NCBI GenBank assembly: GCA_947626335.1
Contig: CANQRY010000001.1
Location: 19,132-83,131 of the forward strand
Direction of reading: 5' to 3'
Source: an uncultured Clostridia bacterium
GTDB taxonomy: Bacteria > Bacillota > Clostridia > TANB77 > CAG-508
Length of the DNA: 64,000 bases
Part shown: positions 1-10,047 of the stretch, piece after piece
How the letters are laid out: every line of letters starts with the position of its first letter
How positions within the stretch are numbered: the stretch's first letter is position 1
Notes under the pieces: model-generated
Seen by the model: only the letters and a program-made list of their open reading frames with translations
Databases searched by the model: none
What the model was told of the DNA's origin: nothing
Program-made: the position numbers and the translations under genes

Positions 1-783
1 AATATCTGGTACAATGTTTGCTCTTTCAAATGAAAAGAATGTACCGGTTCTAGAGCAACCAGCTTGTATTTCATCGCAAATAAGAATTATATTATATTTA
101 TCACAAAAACTTCTTAAATTTTTCAAAAATTCTTCACTTAATACATAGATTCCGCCTTCTTGCTGAACTGTTTCAATAATTATTGCTGCCGGTTTTTCAT
201 AACCTGAGTGATCATCTTCAAGTAATTCTTCCATATAACCAATGGTATCAAAGTTACCGCCCATAGAATATGGTGCTGGTATATGTACTGTATATGTAAG
301 TGGTACTCCTGCTCCCTTTCTAGCTGCTGCTTCTGTTGTAACAGCTAATGATCCTAAAGTCATTCCGTGAAAAGCACCTGTAAGTGCCCAAATATATGGT
401 CTTCCTGTGTATTTTCTAGCACATTTTAATGCTGCTTCTACTGAGTTTGTTCCCGTTGGCGCTGGAAATAAAATTTTATAGTTTAGGTTACGAGGTTTTA
501 ATATGTTTTCTTCAAAATAAGTAATAAATTTTTCTTTTGGTAATGTGTACATATCTAAAGAATGAATAATTCCATCATCTTGTAAATATTTAATTAGTTT
601 TTCTTTAATGTAATCTGGATTGTGTCCATAATTTAATGCACCTGCACCATTAAAAAAATCTATATATTCATTTTCATTTATATCTTTTACTATTGAACCT
701 TTTGCATAAACCATTTCTACTGGCCATTTTCTACAATAGCTCCTTACATTTGATTCATATTTTTCAAATATTTCTGTTCCCAT
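1..783 (-). CDS. Class-III aminotransferase, diaminobutyrate--2-oxoglutarate transaminase (EctB)-like; 3' part only, gene continues beyond window start
   Basis: The reverse-strand ORF starts at ATG 781-783, preceded by an AGGAG RBS. Its N-terminus MGTEIFEKYESNVRSYCRKWPV...GHNPDYIKEKL is typical of DABA/class-III aminotransferases. The ORF is not in the supplied track because it runs off the window edge. Confidence 0.75.
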   Translation of the reverse strand, partial: MGTEIFEKYESNVRSYCRKWPVEMVYAKGSIVKDINENEYIDFFNGAGALNYGHNPDYIKEKLIKYLQDDGIIHSLDMYTLPKEKFITYFEENILKPRNLNYKILFPAPTGTNSVEAALKCARKYTGRPYIWALTGAFHGMTLGSLAVTTEAAARKGAGVPLTYTVHIPAPYSMGGNFDTIGYMEELLEDDHSGYEKPAAIIIETVQQEGGIYVLSEEFLKNLRSFCDKYNIILICDEIQAGCSRTGTFFSFERANIVPDI

Positions 784-982
784 TTTTTTAAATCTCCTTT
801 ATTTTTAACTGTATTAAATTTGTTTTTATTACGCTTATATTGTACATTTATTTTTCATTTTTATCAAGCTATTTACTATATTTTTTATTTTATAGAAGTA
901 TCTTTTTAAAATTTTTAAAAAATAATAGTTTTATTAAAATATATTAAAGCCAGAGATATGCACTTTTCCCTGGCTATTTTTG

Positions 983-1219
983 TTATATGTTCATTAGTTT
1001 TTCTTTTAGTATTTGTTCTATGTTTGAAAGTCTTGTTTCGAAAACTTGGTTTGTCATATCACAAATTTCATTAAAATCTCTAAGTTTTTCAAAGTTTTTC
1101 ATATTTACTTTGTGATATTGTTCTACATTTTGGAATAGTTTTTCTTGTTCATTTTTTATCTCATTTAATAGTTCGTTTATTTCATTTAAAAATTGTTCTA
1201 CTTGTTCATTTTTTAGCAT
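983..1219 (-). CDS. Small coiled-coil hypothetical protein (78 aa), start overlaps the Rpn gene stop (ATGCTAA)
   Basis: ORF track; heptad-rich sequence; 7-nt overlap with the upstream gene stop suggests translational coupling. No recognisable family. Confidence 0.35.
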   Translation of the reverse strand: MLKNEQVEQFLNEINELLNEIKNEQEKLFQNVEQYHKVNMKNFEKLRDFNEICDMTNQVFETRLSNIEQILKEKLMNI

Positions 1220-2223
1220 ACTTCTCCCTCCTCTTTTTGAATTTTCTTTATTTCCTTTTGAGAAATTCCGGTATACTTTTCTATTGTTGAAATAGATAAA
1301 CCTTGTAATAACATATTTGTTATAAACTGTTTTTTGGTTTCTTTTATCCCCTCTTTTATTCCTTCTTTTTTACCTTCTTTTTTGCCTTCCTTTTTACCTT
1401 CTAGCTTTTCTTGATCTAATATTATTTCTAATACATTTTTCATTTCATTCACCCCCTTACTTTCATAATTTTTTATTAGCTTTTCAATAGATTTTTCTTC
1501 TAAAGCCGGATTTAATAAATACTTTATTATTTTTACTATATGAGCTTCATCTTTAGCAGTTGATACTCTTCCGATTTGATCCAATGTATCTAGAAGTTTT
1601 TCTTTAGTTTTACTCTTTTCTAGCATCATTGCATATGCTATCATAGTTTTAGTTTGTATAAGTTCATCTATTGAATAATTATTTATATCAACCAACAAAT
1701 AACTAACATTTACAAAGTTATTATAATATTTATCTAGTTTAAATTCATTTTCTTTATAACTTTTATTTACTTTCCATTTAGAATTTCCGGTATATATTAC
1801 AATGGGAATTACTTTAGGATATATGCTACTATGTCTTATTTTCATATCTTCTTTTATAAGTTCTGTTGTATATTCAAACATTCTATATGGCATATTTGAA
1901 TCTATTGATGATTGATGTTCTACTAAAAAGTATATAGGTTTATCTTTTATTTTGAAAATAATATCTGATTCTAATCCTATATAATCTAATGTTATAAATC
2001 TTTTATTGTAAGGCTCTAGTATTTCATTTTTTATAACTTTTCCTAATGCAGAATCTACGAAGACAGCAACAAAATCTTTAAAATCTGTTACATTACTTAA
2101 TATTTCTCTAAATAGCTTATCATGACTATGACTTTTTTCATAAATATATTCTTCTGGTTCTTCCATTAAAATGGAAGAACACTTTTTTATTAAATCAGTA
2201 ACCACATTTTCTGTATAATACAT
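1213..2223 (-). CDS. Rpn-family recombination-promoting nuclease / putative transposase (PD-(D/E)XK, Transposase_31/YhgA-like) with C-terminal KKEG repeats
   Basis: 336-aa ORF with the family hallmark motif FLVEHQSSIDSNMPYRMFEY (E-H-Q-S...D..M..R..Y). The C-terminal low-complexity EGKKEGKKEGKKEGIKEGIKE repeat is encoded by ttccttctttt repeats at 1360-1420. Confidence 0.7.
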   Translation of the reverse strand: MYYTENVVTDLIKKCSSILMEEPEEYIYEKSHSHDKLFREILSNVTDFKDFVAVFVDSALGKVIKNEILEPYNKRFITLDYIGLESDIIFKIKDKPIYFLVEHQSSIDSNMPYRMFEYTTELIKEDMKIRHSSIYPKVIPIVIYTGNSKWKVNKSYKENEFKLDKYYNNFVNVSYLLVDINNYSIDELIQTKTMIAYAMMLEKSKTKEKLLDTLDQIGRVSTAKDEAHIVKIIKYLLNPALEEKSIEKLIKNYESKGVNEMKNVLEIILDQEKLEGKKEGKKEGKKEGIKEGIKETKKQFITNMLLQGLSISTIEKYTGISQKEIKKIQKEEGEVC

Positions 2224-2403
2224 ATTTACCTCCTAGTTAATATAAATGTTAATAGAGACCATTTATATTAAAAACATATTTAAAATAATAATTGAAAAAA
2301 TGCCGAAAAAAATTAAAATGAATTTTCTTAATTTAAAATTGAATTAACTAAAATATATTATAAAACTTTTGTTTTGTAATTGTCAATATAAAAAAATAAA
2401 AAA

Positions 2404-2431
2404 AAGTAATTTTTTTGTAAAATTACTTTTT
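2404..2431 (-). terminator. Rho-independent terminator downstream of mnmA
   Basis: Inverted repeat aagtaatttt / aaaattactt flanked by A/T runs, immediately after the +1-frame TGA of mnmA at 2432-2434. Confidence 0.6.
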
Positions 2432-3515
2432 TCACAATATTTTTCCGCCGCCTAAAACTATATCATCTATATAAAATACAACTGATTGTCCGTGGTGTAA
2501 TTGCTCTTTGTGGGTTTTTAAATACAACTTTTGCAAGTCCATTTTTTTCTAATGTTAAAGTAGCTTCTGCTTCTTTAGAGCGATAGCGCACTTTTGCCAT
2601 AATTTCTATTGGTTTTGATAAGTCTATATCAAGTAAAAAGTTAAGCTCATTTGCATAAAGCTCATTTGTATAAAGTTCTTTTTCTGTTCCTACAATTACC
2701 TCATTTTTTTTGCTATCTAATTTCAAAACATAAAGTGGCTCTTTGTATGCAATTCCTAGACCTTTCCTTTGCCCTACTGTATAATAAATTAAGCCATTAT
2801 GCTTTCCTAAAACTTCACCATTTTTTAATACAATATTTCCCTGCTTTGAACTTAAACCTGCTTTTTTAGTTAAGAAATTTCCATAATCATTATCTGGTAT
2901 AAAGCAAACCTCTTGGCTATCTTTTTTATGTGCTACTTTTAGTTCATATTCTTCTGCAATTTTTCTAACTTCTTCTTTATTTTTAAAGCTTTCTAATGGA
3001 AATAGCATTTTAGGTAATACTTCCTTTGGTATGCTATATAAAAAATAAGTTTGATCTTTTTTATCAGATTCAGATTTTTTAAGTACATAAGATTTATATT
3101 TTTCTGAATACTCTATTTTTGCATAATGTCCTGTTGAAATATAATCACATTCTAATTCTAATGCTTTTTGATAAAACACTCCAAATTTTAAGTACTTGTT
3201 ACATTCTATACAAGGATTTGGAGTTTTGCAGTTTTTATAGCAATTAACAAAATCATCTATAACATATTTTTGAAAATCCTCTTCGCAGTTTAAAGTATAA
3301 TGTGGAATGCCTAACTTATCGCATACTCTTTTTGCATCATAAGTAGCGCTAAAAGAACAGCAGCCGCCTTCTACTTCAGGGCACTGCTTATCTTCCCATA
3401 GTTTCATGGTTGCTCCTATTACTTCATATCCTGCATTTTTTAATAGTATTGCTGCTGTGGAACTATCAACTCCTCCACTCATGCCTAACAATACTTTTTG
3501 CTTTTTGCTTTTCAT
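2432..3515 (-). CDS. mnmA: tRNA-specific 2-thiouridylase MnmA. Reading frame is interrupted by an in-frame CGG at 2490-2492. The annotated frame ends ...AITPRTISCILYR* at 2463, while the +1 frame gives the conserved ...AITP-GQSVVFYIDDIVLGGGKIL* ending at 2432.
   Basis: N-terminal PP-loop motif LLGMSGGVDSS, and the conserved CxxC and C-terminal regions. The +1 shift after the C of CCA-CGG-ACA restores the TPGQSVVFY motif of MnmA C-termini. Confidence 0.9.
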
Positions 3516-3638
3516 TTTTCTTCTCCTTGTATTCTCTTTTTTATTATACTACAAAATTTCTTTAATTGCACTACTTCTTGCATTTTTTTCTATTTCATGT
3601 TAAAATTAAGCTATTCCATTGTAAAGGAGGTGCTTTTG

Positions 3639-4049
3639 ATGAAAACGCGGTTACTTCATGGCAAATATGACAAACTTTGTAAGCTAAGCCAAGAGGACTA
3701 TCCTACATTTAAACGTCTATTAAAAGGGGGAATTGATGGTAATATTCTTTACATTACTCCAATTGAAAATAATAAAACGTTGGAGTGTGTAGATTTTGTC
3801 ATCGAGCATCATCAGATTTTCTATTCCGAAAGTGACGGAAAACTTTACTTGGTATTTCGTCCTCTATGGAATGAATCCGGAAATCTTCGCTTTTTCTATT
3901 ATGATGTTGATTATTATTATGATCAACATGATGGACAAATCGTGCTTTGGGCTTATGTACATTACTCACGTCGTTTAAATCAAGACGAAGTGACTTACAG
4001 GCATTATACTATTCATAAGCTATCAATTCCAGTAATCCGTGCAGAGTAA
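3639..4049 (+). CDS. Hypothetical protein (136 aa), GC-richer than surroundings; in-frame CGG at codon 4 apparently read as sense
   Basis: ATG at 3639 with a strong RBS aaaggagg 7 nt upstream. ORF is open for 136 codons. Composition (cgtcg, gacgg, acgcgg) is atypical for this genome. No family recognised. Confidence 0.5.
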   Translation: MKTRLLHGKYDKLCKLSQEDYPTFKRLLKGGIDGNILYITPIENNKTLECVDFVIEHHQIFYSESDGKLYLVFRPLWNESGNLRFFYYDVDYYYDQHDGQIVLWAYVHYSRRLNQDEVTYRHYTIHKLSIPVIRAE

Positions 4050-4103
4050 TCTTTCATCTAAAGCAACATGAGAGAGGTTCAAAATAAACCTCTCTCATTC
4101 TTT

Positions 4104-5864
4104 TTAATCTTCTTCAACTATTTTTATATGAACATCTTTTAATTGTTCTTCTTTAACTTTGCTTGGTGCTCTCATAAGTAAGTCTCTTGCTTTTTTGTTC
4201 TTTGGAAATGCTATTACCTCACGAATGTTTTTACTATCTGCAACTAGCATTACCATTCTATCTAAACCAGGTGCTGCACCTGCATGTGGTGGTGTACCAT
4301 ATTGAAAAGCATTGTATAATGCACCAAATCTTGTTTCAACTTCTTCTTCGCTATAACCTGCTATTTCAAATGCTTTTACCATTAACTCTGGGTCGTGGTT
4401 TCTAACTGCTCCTGATGCAACCTCATAACCATTACATACAACATCATATTGATATGCTAAAATATCAAGTGGATTTTTGGTAAGTAATGCTTCCATTCCA
4501 CCTTGTGGCATTGAGAATGGGTTATGATTAAAGTCTATTTTTCCTTCATCTGATAATTCATACATTGGAAAATCTACAATATAGCATAAACGATATACAT
4601 TTTTTTCTAATAAATCTAGTCTATTTCCAAGTTCTATTCTAATAGCTCCTGCTATTTTTTGTACTTGTTTTAGCTCGTCTGCCATAAAGAAAACAGCAGA
4701 TTCCTTTTTCATTCCAATTTGCTCTTCTAAGGCTTTTTGTACATCTTCAGTAATAAATTTTGAAATGCCACCAGAAACTGTATTTGTTTCATCTACTTTT
4801 AGCCATGCTAAGCCTTTTGCTCCTGCTTCTTGCATAGCAAATTCTGTCATTGAATCAAAGAATTTTCTTCCTTGTTTATCTCCATTTTCTACTACAATTG
4901 CTTTAACTACTTTTCCTTTAAATGCATTGAAATCTACATTTTCAAATATATTAGTTACATCTTGAATAATAAGTGGATTTCTTAAGTCTGGCTTGTCACT
5001 TCCGTATTTTTCCATAGCTTCTAAGTATGGAATTTTCTTAAAAGGAGCCTCATCTACTTCCCAATTTGTATGTGTTTTGAAAACTGTGGTAAAAATTTCT
5101 GCTAGTACTTTTAAAACGTCTTCTTGCTCTGCAAAACTCATTTCAAAGTCTAATTGGTAAAATTCTCCTGGTGCTCTATCTGCTCTAGGGTCTTCATCAC
5201 GGAAGCATGGAGCTATTTGATAATATTTATCAAAGCCAGATACCATTAAAAGTTGTTTAAATTGTTGTGGTGCTTGTGGAAGCGCATAAAACTCGCCTGG
5301 GTGTAATCTGCTTGGCACTAAATAGTCTCTTGCACCTTCTGGTGATGAATTTGCTAAAATTGGTGTTTGAATTTCTGTAAATCCTAGTTCATCCATCTTT
5401 TTTCTAAGTGTTTTCATTATTTCGCTACGAAGCAAAATTGTATTATGTAGTTTTTCATTTCTTAGGTCTAAAAAACGGTATTCTAGTCTTAAATCTTCTT
5501 TAACTTCTCCAGTTTTTTCAGAGTTTATTTCAAATGGTAATACGTTTTTGCATTTTCCTAAAATTCTAATTTCTTTAGCATCTATTTCTATTTCTCCAGT
5601 AGGCATTTTAGGGTTTTTGTTAGAACGCTCTATTACATTTCCTTTAACGTAAATAACACATTCTGTTACAATATTATTTAGTATATCTTTATTAATTGAG
5701 CTATTTTCAGCAGATATAACTATTTGTGTAATTCCAAATTGGTCACGTAAGTCTATAAATACCATTGAGCCTAAGTTTCTAATTTTTTGCACCCAACCTG
5801 CCAAATTTACCTCTTGTCCTACATTTTTAATATTTAATTCTCCACAATTATGATCTCTATACAT
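4104..5864 (-). CDS. aspS: Aspartate--tRNA ligase (AspRS)
   Basis: Class II aaRS motifs (FRDEDLRADRQPEFTQLD-like CFRDEDPRADRAPGEFYQLD, GGIGIDRLVM-like GLDRMVMLV) and an OB-fold N-terminus. Start assigned to ATG 5862-5864 (MYRDHNCGEL) with RBS AAGGAG. The track ORF extends further upstream in frame. Confidence 0.93.
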   Translation of the reverse strand: MYRDHNCGELNIKNVGQEVNLAGWVQKIRNLGSMVFIDLRDQFGITQIVISAENSSINKDILNNIVTECVIYVKGNVIERSNKNPKMPTGEIEIDAKEIRILGKCKNVLPFEINSEKTGEVKEDLRLEYRFLDLRNEKLHNTILLRSEIMKTLRKKMDELGFTEIQTPILANSSPEGARDYLVPSRLHPGEFYALPQAPQQFKQLLMVSGFDKYYQIAPCFRDEDPRADRAPGEFYQLDFEMSFAEQEDVLKVLAEIFTTVFKTHTNWEVDEAPFKKIPYLEAMEKYGSDKPDLRNPLIIQDVTNIFENVDFNAFKGKVVKAIVVENGDKQGRKFFDSMTEFAMQEAGAKGLAWLKVDETNTVSGGISKFITEDVQKALEEQIGMKKESAVFFMADELKQVQKIAGAIRIELGNRLDLLEKNVYRLCYIVDFPMYELSDEGKIDFNHNPFSMPQGGMEALLTKNPLDILAYQYDVVCNGYEVASGAVRNHDPELMVKAFEIAGYSEEEVETRFGALYNAFQYGTPPHAGAAPGLDRMVMLVADSKNIREVIAFPKNKKARDLLMRAPSKVKEEQLKDVHIKIVEED

Positions 5865-6049
5865 AGTTTTTTCTCCTTGCTTTTTATATAAATACGCATA
5901 TATTATACACCCAATTTGTTTTATAAACAATAGAAATTTTAACTTAATCAGCAAATTACTAAAATATATTGAATTTTGTTGTATTTTCTTATATAATTAG
6001 GGTATTCTATTAATTAAGAAATATTTTCATTAAAAGGAAGGGATACAAA

Positions 6050-7441
6050 ATGGAAAACATACTAGTAAAAAATTTATATAGAAATACTGAAAATTATGTA
6101 GGTAAAACCTTGCAAGTTTCAGGATGGGTAAGAACTATTCGTGATTCTAAAAATTTTGGTTTTATTGAGCTTAATGATGGTAGCTTTTTTAAAAATGTTC
6201 AAGTTGTATTTGATACTGCTCTTTCTAATTTTGAAGAAATTAGAAAACTTTCAATTAGCTCATCTATAATTGTTACAGGTGAAGTTGTTAAAACTGAAAA
6301 TGCTAAACAACCTTTTGAAATAAAAGCAACAGAAATTAAAATATTTAATCAAGCAGATTTAGACTACCCTCTACAAAAAAAGAGACATACTTTTGAATAT
6401 TTAAGAACAGTTGGGCATTTACGTCCTAGAACCAATACTTTTAACGCAGTATTTAGAGTTCGTAGTGTTTTATCTTTTGCAATTCATAAATTTTTCCAAG
6501 AAAAAGGATTTGTTTATGTACATACTCCTATTATTACAGGGAGTGACTGTGAAGGTGCAGGAGAAATGTTTAGAGTAACTACTATGGATATGGAAAATGT
6601 ACCAAAAGCAGAAGATGGAAAAGTAGACTATACTCAAGACTTTTTTGGAAAAGAGTCTCACTTAACTGTTAGTGGACAATTAGACGTTGAAACATATGCA
6701 CATGCTTTTCGTAATGTATATACTTTTGGTCCTACTTTTAGAGCTGAAAATTCTAATACCGTAAAACATGCTGCAGAGTTTTGGATGATTGAGCCTGAAA
6801 TTTGTTTTGCAGATTTACAAGATGATATGAACCTAGCAGAAGAAATGATTAAATATATTATTTCTTATGTTTTAGAAAATGCTCCAGAAGAAATGGAATT
6901 CTTTAACCAATTTGTAGATACTTCGCTTTTAGATAGGCTTCATAATGTATTAAATTCTGATTTTGGTAGAATTAGTTACACAGATGCTATAAAAGAACTT
7001 GAAAAAGTAAATGACCAATTTGAATACCCTGTTCATTGGGGAACTGATATTCAAACAGAACATGAAAGATATATTACTGAAAAAATATTTGGTAAACCTG
7101 TTTTTGTAACAGACTATCCAAAAGAAATTAAAGCTTTTTATATGAAACAAAATCCTGATGGAAAAACAGTTGCTGCAACTGACCTTTTAGTTCCTGGTAT
7201 TGGAGAAATAATTGGTGGTAGCCAAAGAGAAGATGATTTTGAAAAATTAAAAGCTCGTATAAAAGAGCTTGGTTTAAAAGAAGAAGACTATTGGTGGTAC
7301 CTAGATTTAAGAAAATATGGCAGTTGCGTTCATAGCGGATTTGGATTAGGTTTTGAAAGAATGATGATGTATTTAACAGGCATGCAAAATATTCGTGATG
7401 TACTTCCATTCCCAAGAACACCTAAAAATTGTGAGTTCTAA
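6050..7441 (+). CDS. asnS: Asparagine--tRNA ligase (AsnRS)
   Basis: 463-aa class IIb aaRS with motifs [21 protein letters not shown] and GGSQREDD...[12 protein letters not shown]. Divergent from aspS across a 95-bp shared promoter region. Confidence 0.93.
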   Translation: MENILVKNLYRNTENYVGKTLQVSGWVRTIRDSKNFGFIELNDGSFFKNVQVVFDTALSNFEEIRKLSISSSIIVTGEVVKTENAKQPFEIKATEIKIFNQADLDYPLQKKRHTFEYLRTVGHLRPRTNTFNAVFRVRSVLSFAIHKFFQEKGFVYVHTPIITGSDCEGAGEMFRVTTMDMENVPKAEDGKVDYTQDFFGKESHLTVSGQLDVETYAHAFRNVYTFGPTFRAENSNTVKHAAEFWMIEPEICFADLQDDMNLAEEMIKYIISYVLENAPEEMEFFNQFVDTSLLDRLHNVLNSDFGRISYTDAIKELEKVNDQFEYPVHWGTDIQTEHERYITEKIFGKPVFVTDYPKEIKAFYMKQNPDGKTVAATDLLVPGIGEIIGGSQREDDFEKLKARIKELGLKEEDYWWYLDLRKYGSCVHSGFGLGFERMMMYLTGMQNIRDVLPFPRTPKNCEF

Positions 7442-7541
7442 TATATAAAGACATTTTTGCATTTTAAGAAAATAAGCCTAAACAAATATTATTTTATTTG
7501 CTTAGACTTATTTTTTATATTTAACAAGTTAAGTTTTGTTT

Positions 7542-9012
7542 TTAATAATAAAATATTTTTACCACTAGTATATCATCAATACATATATATTCTTTATTAC
7601 TTTCTTCAAGCATTTTCCTCTGTTCGCTTGTGCCATCTACTTCTTCTAAGTGTAAATTATTGTAAAAATTAATGCACCCAGTTACAGACCACAAACATTT
7701 TGCAGCATCAATTGTTACAAAATTATTAAATTTATTCCTAGTATAATAAGGAAAGATATGTTTTGCTATTTTTTTAACTTGTATGTTGTTTTCCTTTTCG
7801 TATGTATCAATAAATTCTCCTATTTCTGAGGCTTTAGCCATTTCATTTTTATTTATCTGTTTATGTACGTTTATTATTGCAATATTACTGTAAATTGTAG
7901 CAATTACATAAAGAAGTAATATTATGCTTGTAATCACTCTTGATATTGGCTTTTTTTCAAATAATTCAGTTTCACTATACAAATAGTAGAATACAATTCC
8001 AATAAGTGCTCCAATGCAAAATCTAATTCTTCCACCGAAAGAATCCAGTTGAAGATATTAATGATGCTGAAAATCCACAAGCTATTCCCCATGCAATTAA
8101 AATTAATGTATTTATTATTATATTGCCTTTTCTATTAAATATTATTACTGTTAAACAAATTAGCATTAGAAATGTTAGGAACATGCCAGGTTTAAAGTAT
8201 CCACACGTGTTATATAAGCTAATCCATAATTTTTGAAAAATATATTTTAGGCAATCCAAAAATCCTCTAACTCTAGTTTGTTCAGTGTTTAATATTATTC
8301 CATTAATTTTTATAACTGCAAAATTAATTATAGTACCTATCATTAAAATAAGTATACCACCTAATATGTCTTCTATAATTTTACCTTTTTCTTTTTTATT
8401 TTTTATCATAGATAAAACTAATAAAAATAATAAAAATGCTCCAACTGTGCCTTGATAGCAAAATGTACCAATTGTGAATAATATTAATGCTTTTATAATA
8501 TATTTTCTTTCTTTTTTAACCAAAGTTTGAGCTGACATTAAATAAAAAAGAATACTTAATGCCATAACAAAACCTTCTAAATAATATAAACACTCTATAT
8601 ACATGAAATTAAATACTATTATGTAACATATTACAATTGATATTATAAACATAAATATGTTTTTACTAGGTTTACTTTTTATTAATGTATTTCTTAATAT
8701 TAAAATAATAATACTTGAAATAATTAAAGATAAAAACATAAAAAGTGGAACTATGACTGAAATTGGTATATGAAGAAAATCCATAATAACCAAAAGAGCT
8801 CCCATTACAATTCTTCCATCATTAAAAGAATTACTAAGTGCATAATTAGTTAATCCCACATTAATAACATTGTACGTATCTGTTGCATAATGCATTGTTA
8901 GAAAAGGAAAGAATATTATGCAACTAATTCCTAAAACAATAAAAAATACAACCATTGTTTCAATTTTTTTATTTTCCATTATACTATTTTTTAATTCATT
9001 TAATTTTTCCAT
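7542..9012 (-). CDS. Polytopic membrane protein (GT-C/YfhO-like?). Appears split into 329-aa and 146-aa ORFs by an in-frame CGG at 8035-8037; a +1 shift fuses them (...STGFF-GGRIRFCIGALIGIVFYYLYSETELF...) into about 489 aa.
   Basis: The upstream ORF ends FFRWKN* six codons after the CGG. The +1 frame is open from the CGG into the downstream ORF, which has no ATG of its own (the track M is TTG). Both parts are hydrophobic/TM-rich. Confidence 0.55.
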
Positions 9013-9818
9013 TTTTCCCTCACATATTCGTATATTATTATTCCTGCTGCAACAGATGCATTTAGGCTCTCTGTTTTACCTAGCATTGGAATTTTTATTC
9101 TTTTGTCTGATAAATCTTGAATTTCCTGTGAAACACCATTTGCCTCATTTCCAATAACTATTACTTTTTTCTTGTAATTGATATCATAAATAGAATTATT
9201 TGTTTCTAGTGAGGTTGCAATTATTTCAAATTTGTGTTTTTTAATCATTTGCAAAGTTTTTGCTAAGTTTTCTGTTTTTATAATGTTCATTCTAAATATT
9301 GCACCCATTGTAGAACGTACTACTTTAGGGTTATATGGGTCTGCTGAATTTTCAGATAAGATAATTTGCTTTAAATTAGCGCTATCAGCTGTTCTTAGTA
9401 TTGTCCCTAAATTTCCTGGGTCTTGAATTCCATCTAAAGCTAAAATAATATCTTCTGAAAAGTTTATATTTTCTATACTATCTCCCTTTTCTACAACTGC
9501 TAAAATGCCCTGTGGAGTTTGCACTTCTGATAATATTGCAAATATTTTTTTAGTAACGTAAATACATTCATATTTTGCAATTTCATATAATAACCCTTGT
9601 TCAATTTGATTATTTGGTTTGCTAGTATTTTTTAGGTCTACTTCTTCGCAATCTTCACAAATAACTATTACTTTTATATTTACTTTTTCTTCAATGGCTT
9701 CTTTAACTAATTTTATGCCCTCCACAATATACTCATTTGTTTCATCACGATACTTTTTTTCTTTTAATTTTTTAATAGCTTTAATTTGCTCATTATCTTT
9801 ACTTGAAATAATTTGCAT
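9000..9818 (-). CDS. TrmH/SpoU-family RNA 2'-O-methyltransferase (RlmB-like)
   Basis: 272 aa with SpoU methylase motifs (LDGIQDPGNLGTILRTADS, VIVIGNEANGVS, LNASVAAGIIIYE). Overlaps the next gene by 13 nt. Confidence 0.8.
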   Translation of the reverse strand: MQIISSKDNEQIKAIKKLKEKKYRDETNEYIVEGIKLVKEAIEEKVNIKVIVICEDCEEVDLKNTSKPNNQIEQGLLYEIAKYECIYVTKKIFAILSEVQTPQGILAVVEKGDSIENINFSEDIILALDGIQDPGNLGTILRTADSANLKQIILSENSADPYNPKVVRSTMGAIFRMNIIKTENLAKTLQMIKKHKFEIIATSLETNNSIYDINYKKKVIVIGNEANGVSQEIQDLSDKRIKIPMLGKTESLNASVAAGIIIYEYVREKWKN

Positions 9819-10047
9819 ACCAATTTTTCCTTTCTAATTTTTTTATAAAGTTAAATTCAAAAACTCTTTTACCTTTGCAAGTAACTCCTTATCTTGCTTT
9901 TTGCCAATTTTAAATGTAACATAAGGGTTAATACCATCTGAAAATCTAATTTGAATTCCATATTTCTTTAGTAATTCGTCTACCTTTTCTACTGGCATTT
10001 TTTCCTTTTCGAAGTAAAATACTATTGACTCTTGTCTTTGCGTAATT

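Noticed and set aside
5865-6049. Possible T-box leaders upstream of aspS, asnS and proS
   Set aside because: The aspS/asnS intergenic region is only 95 bp and proS directly follows scpB. There is no room for a roughly 250-nt T-box, and no specifier/antiterminator pattern was seen.
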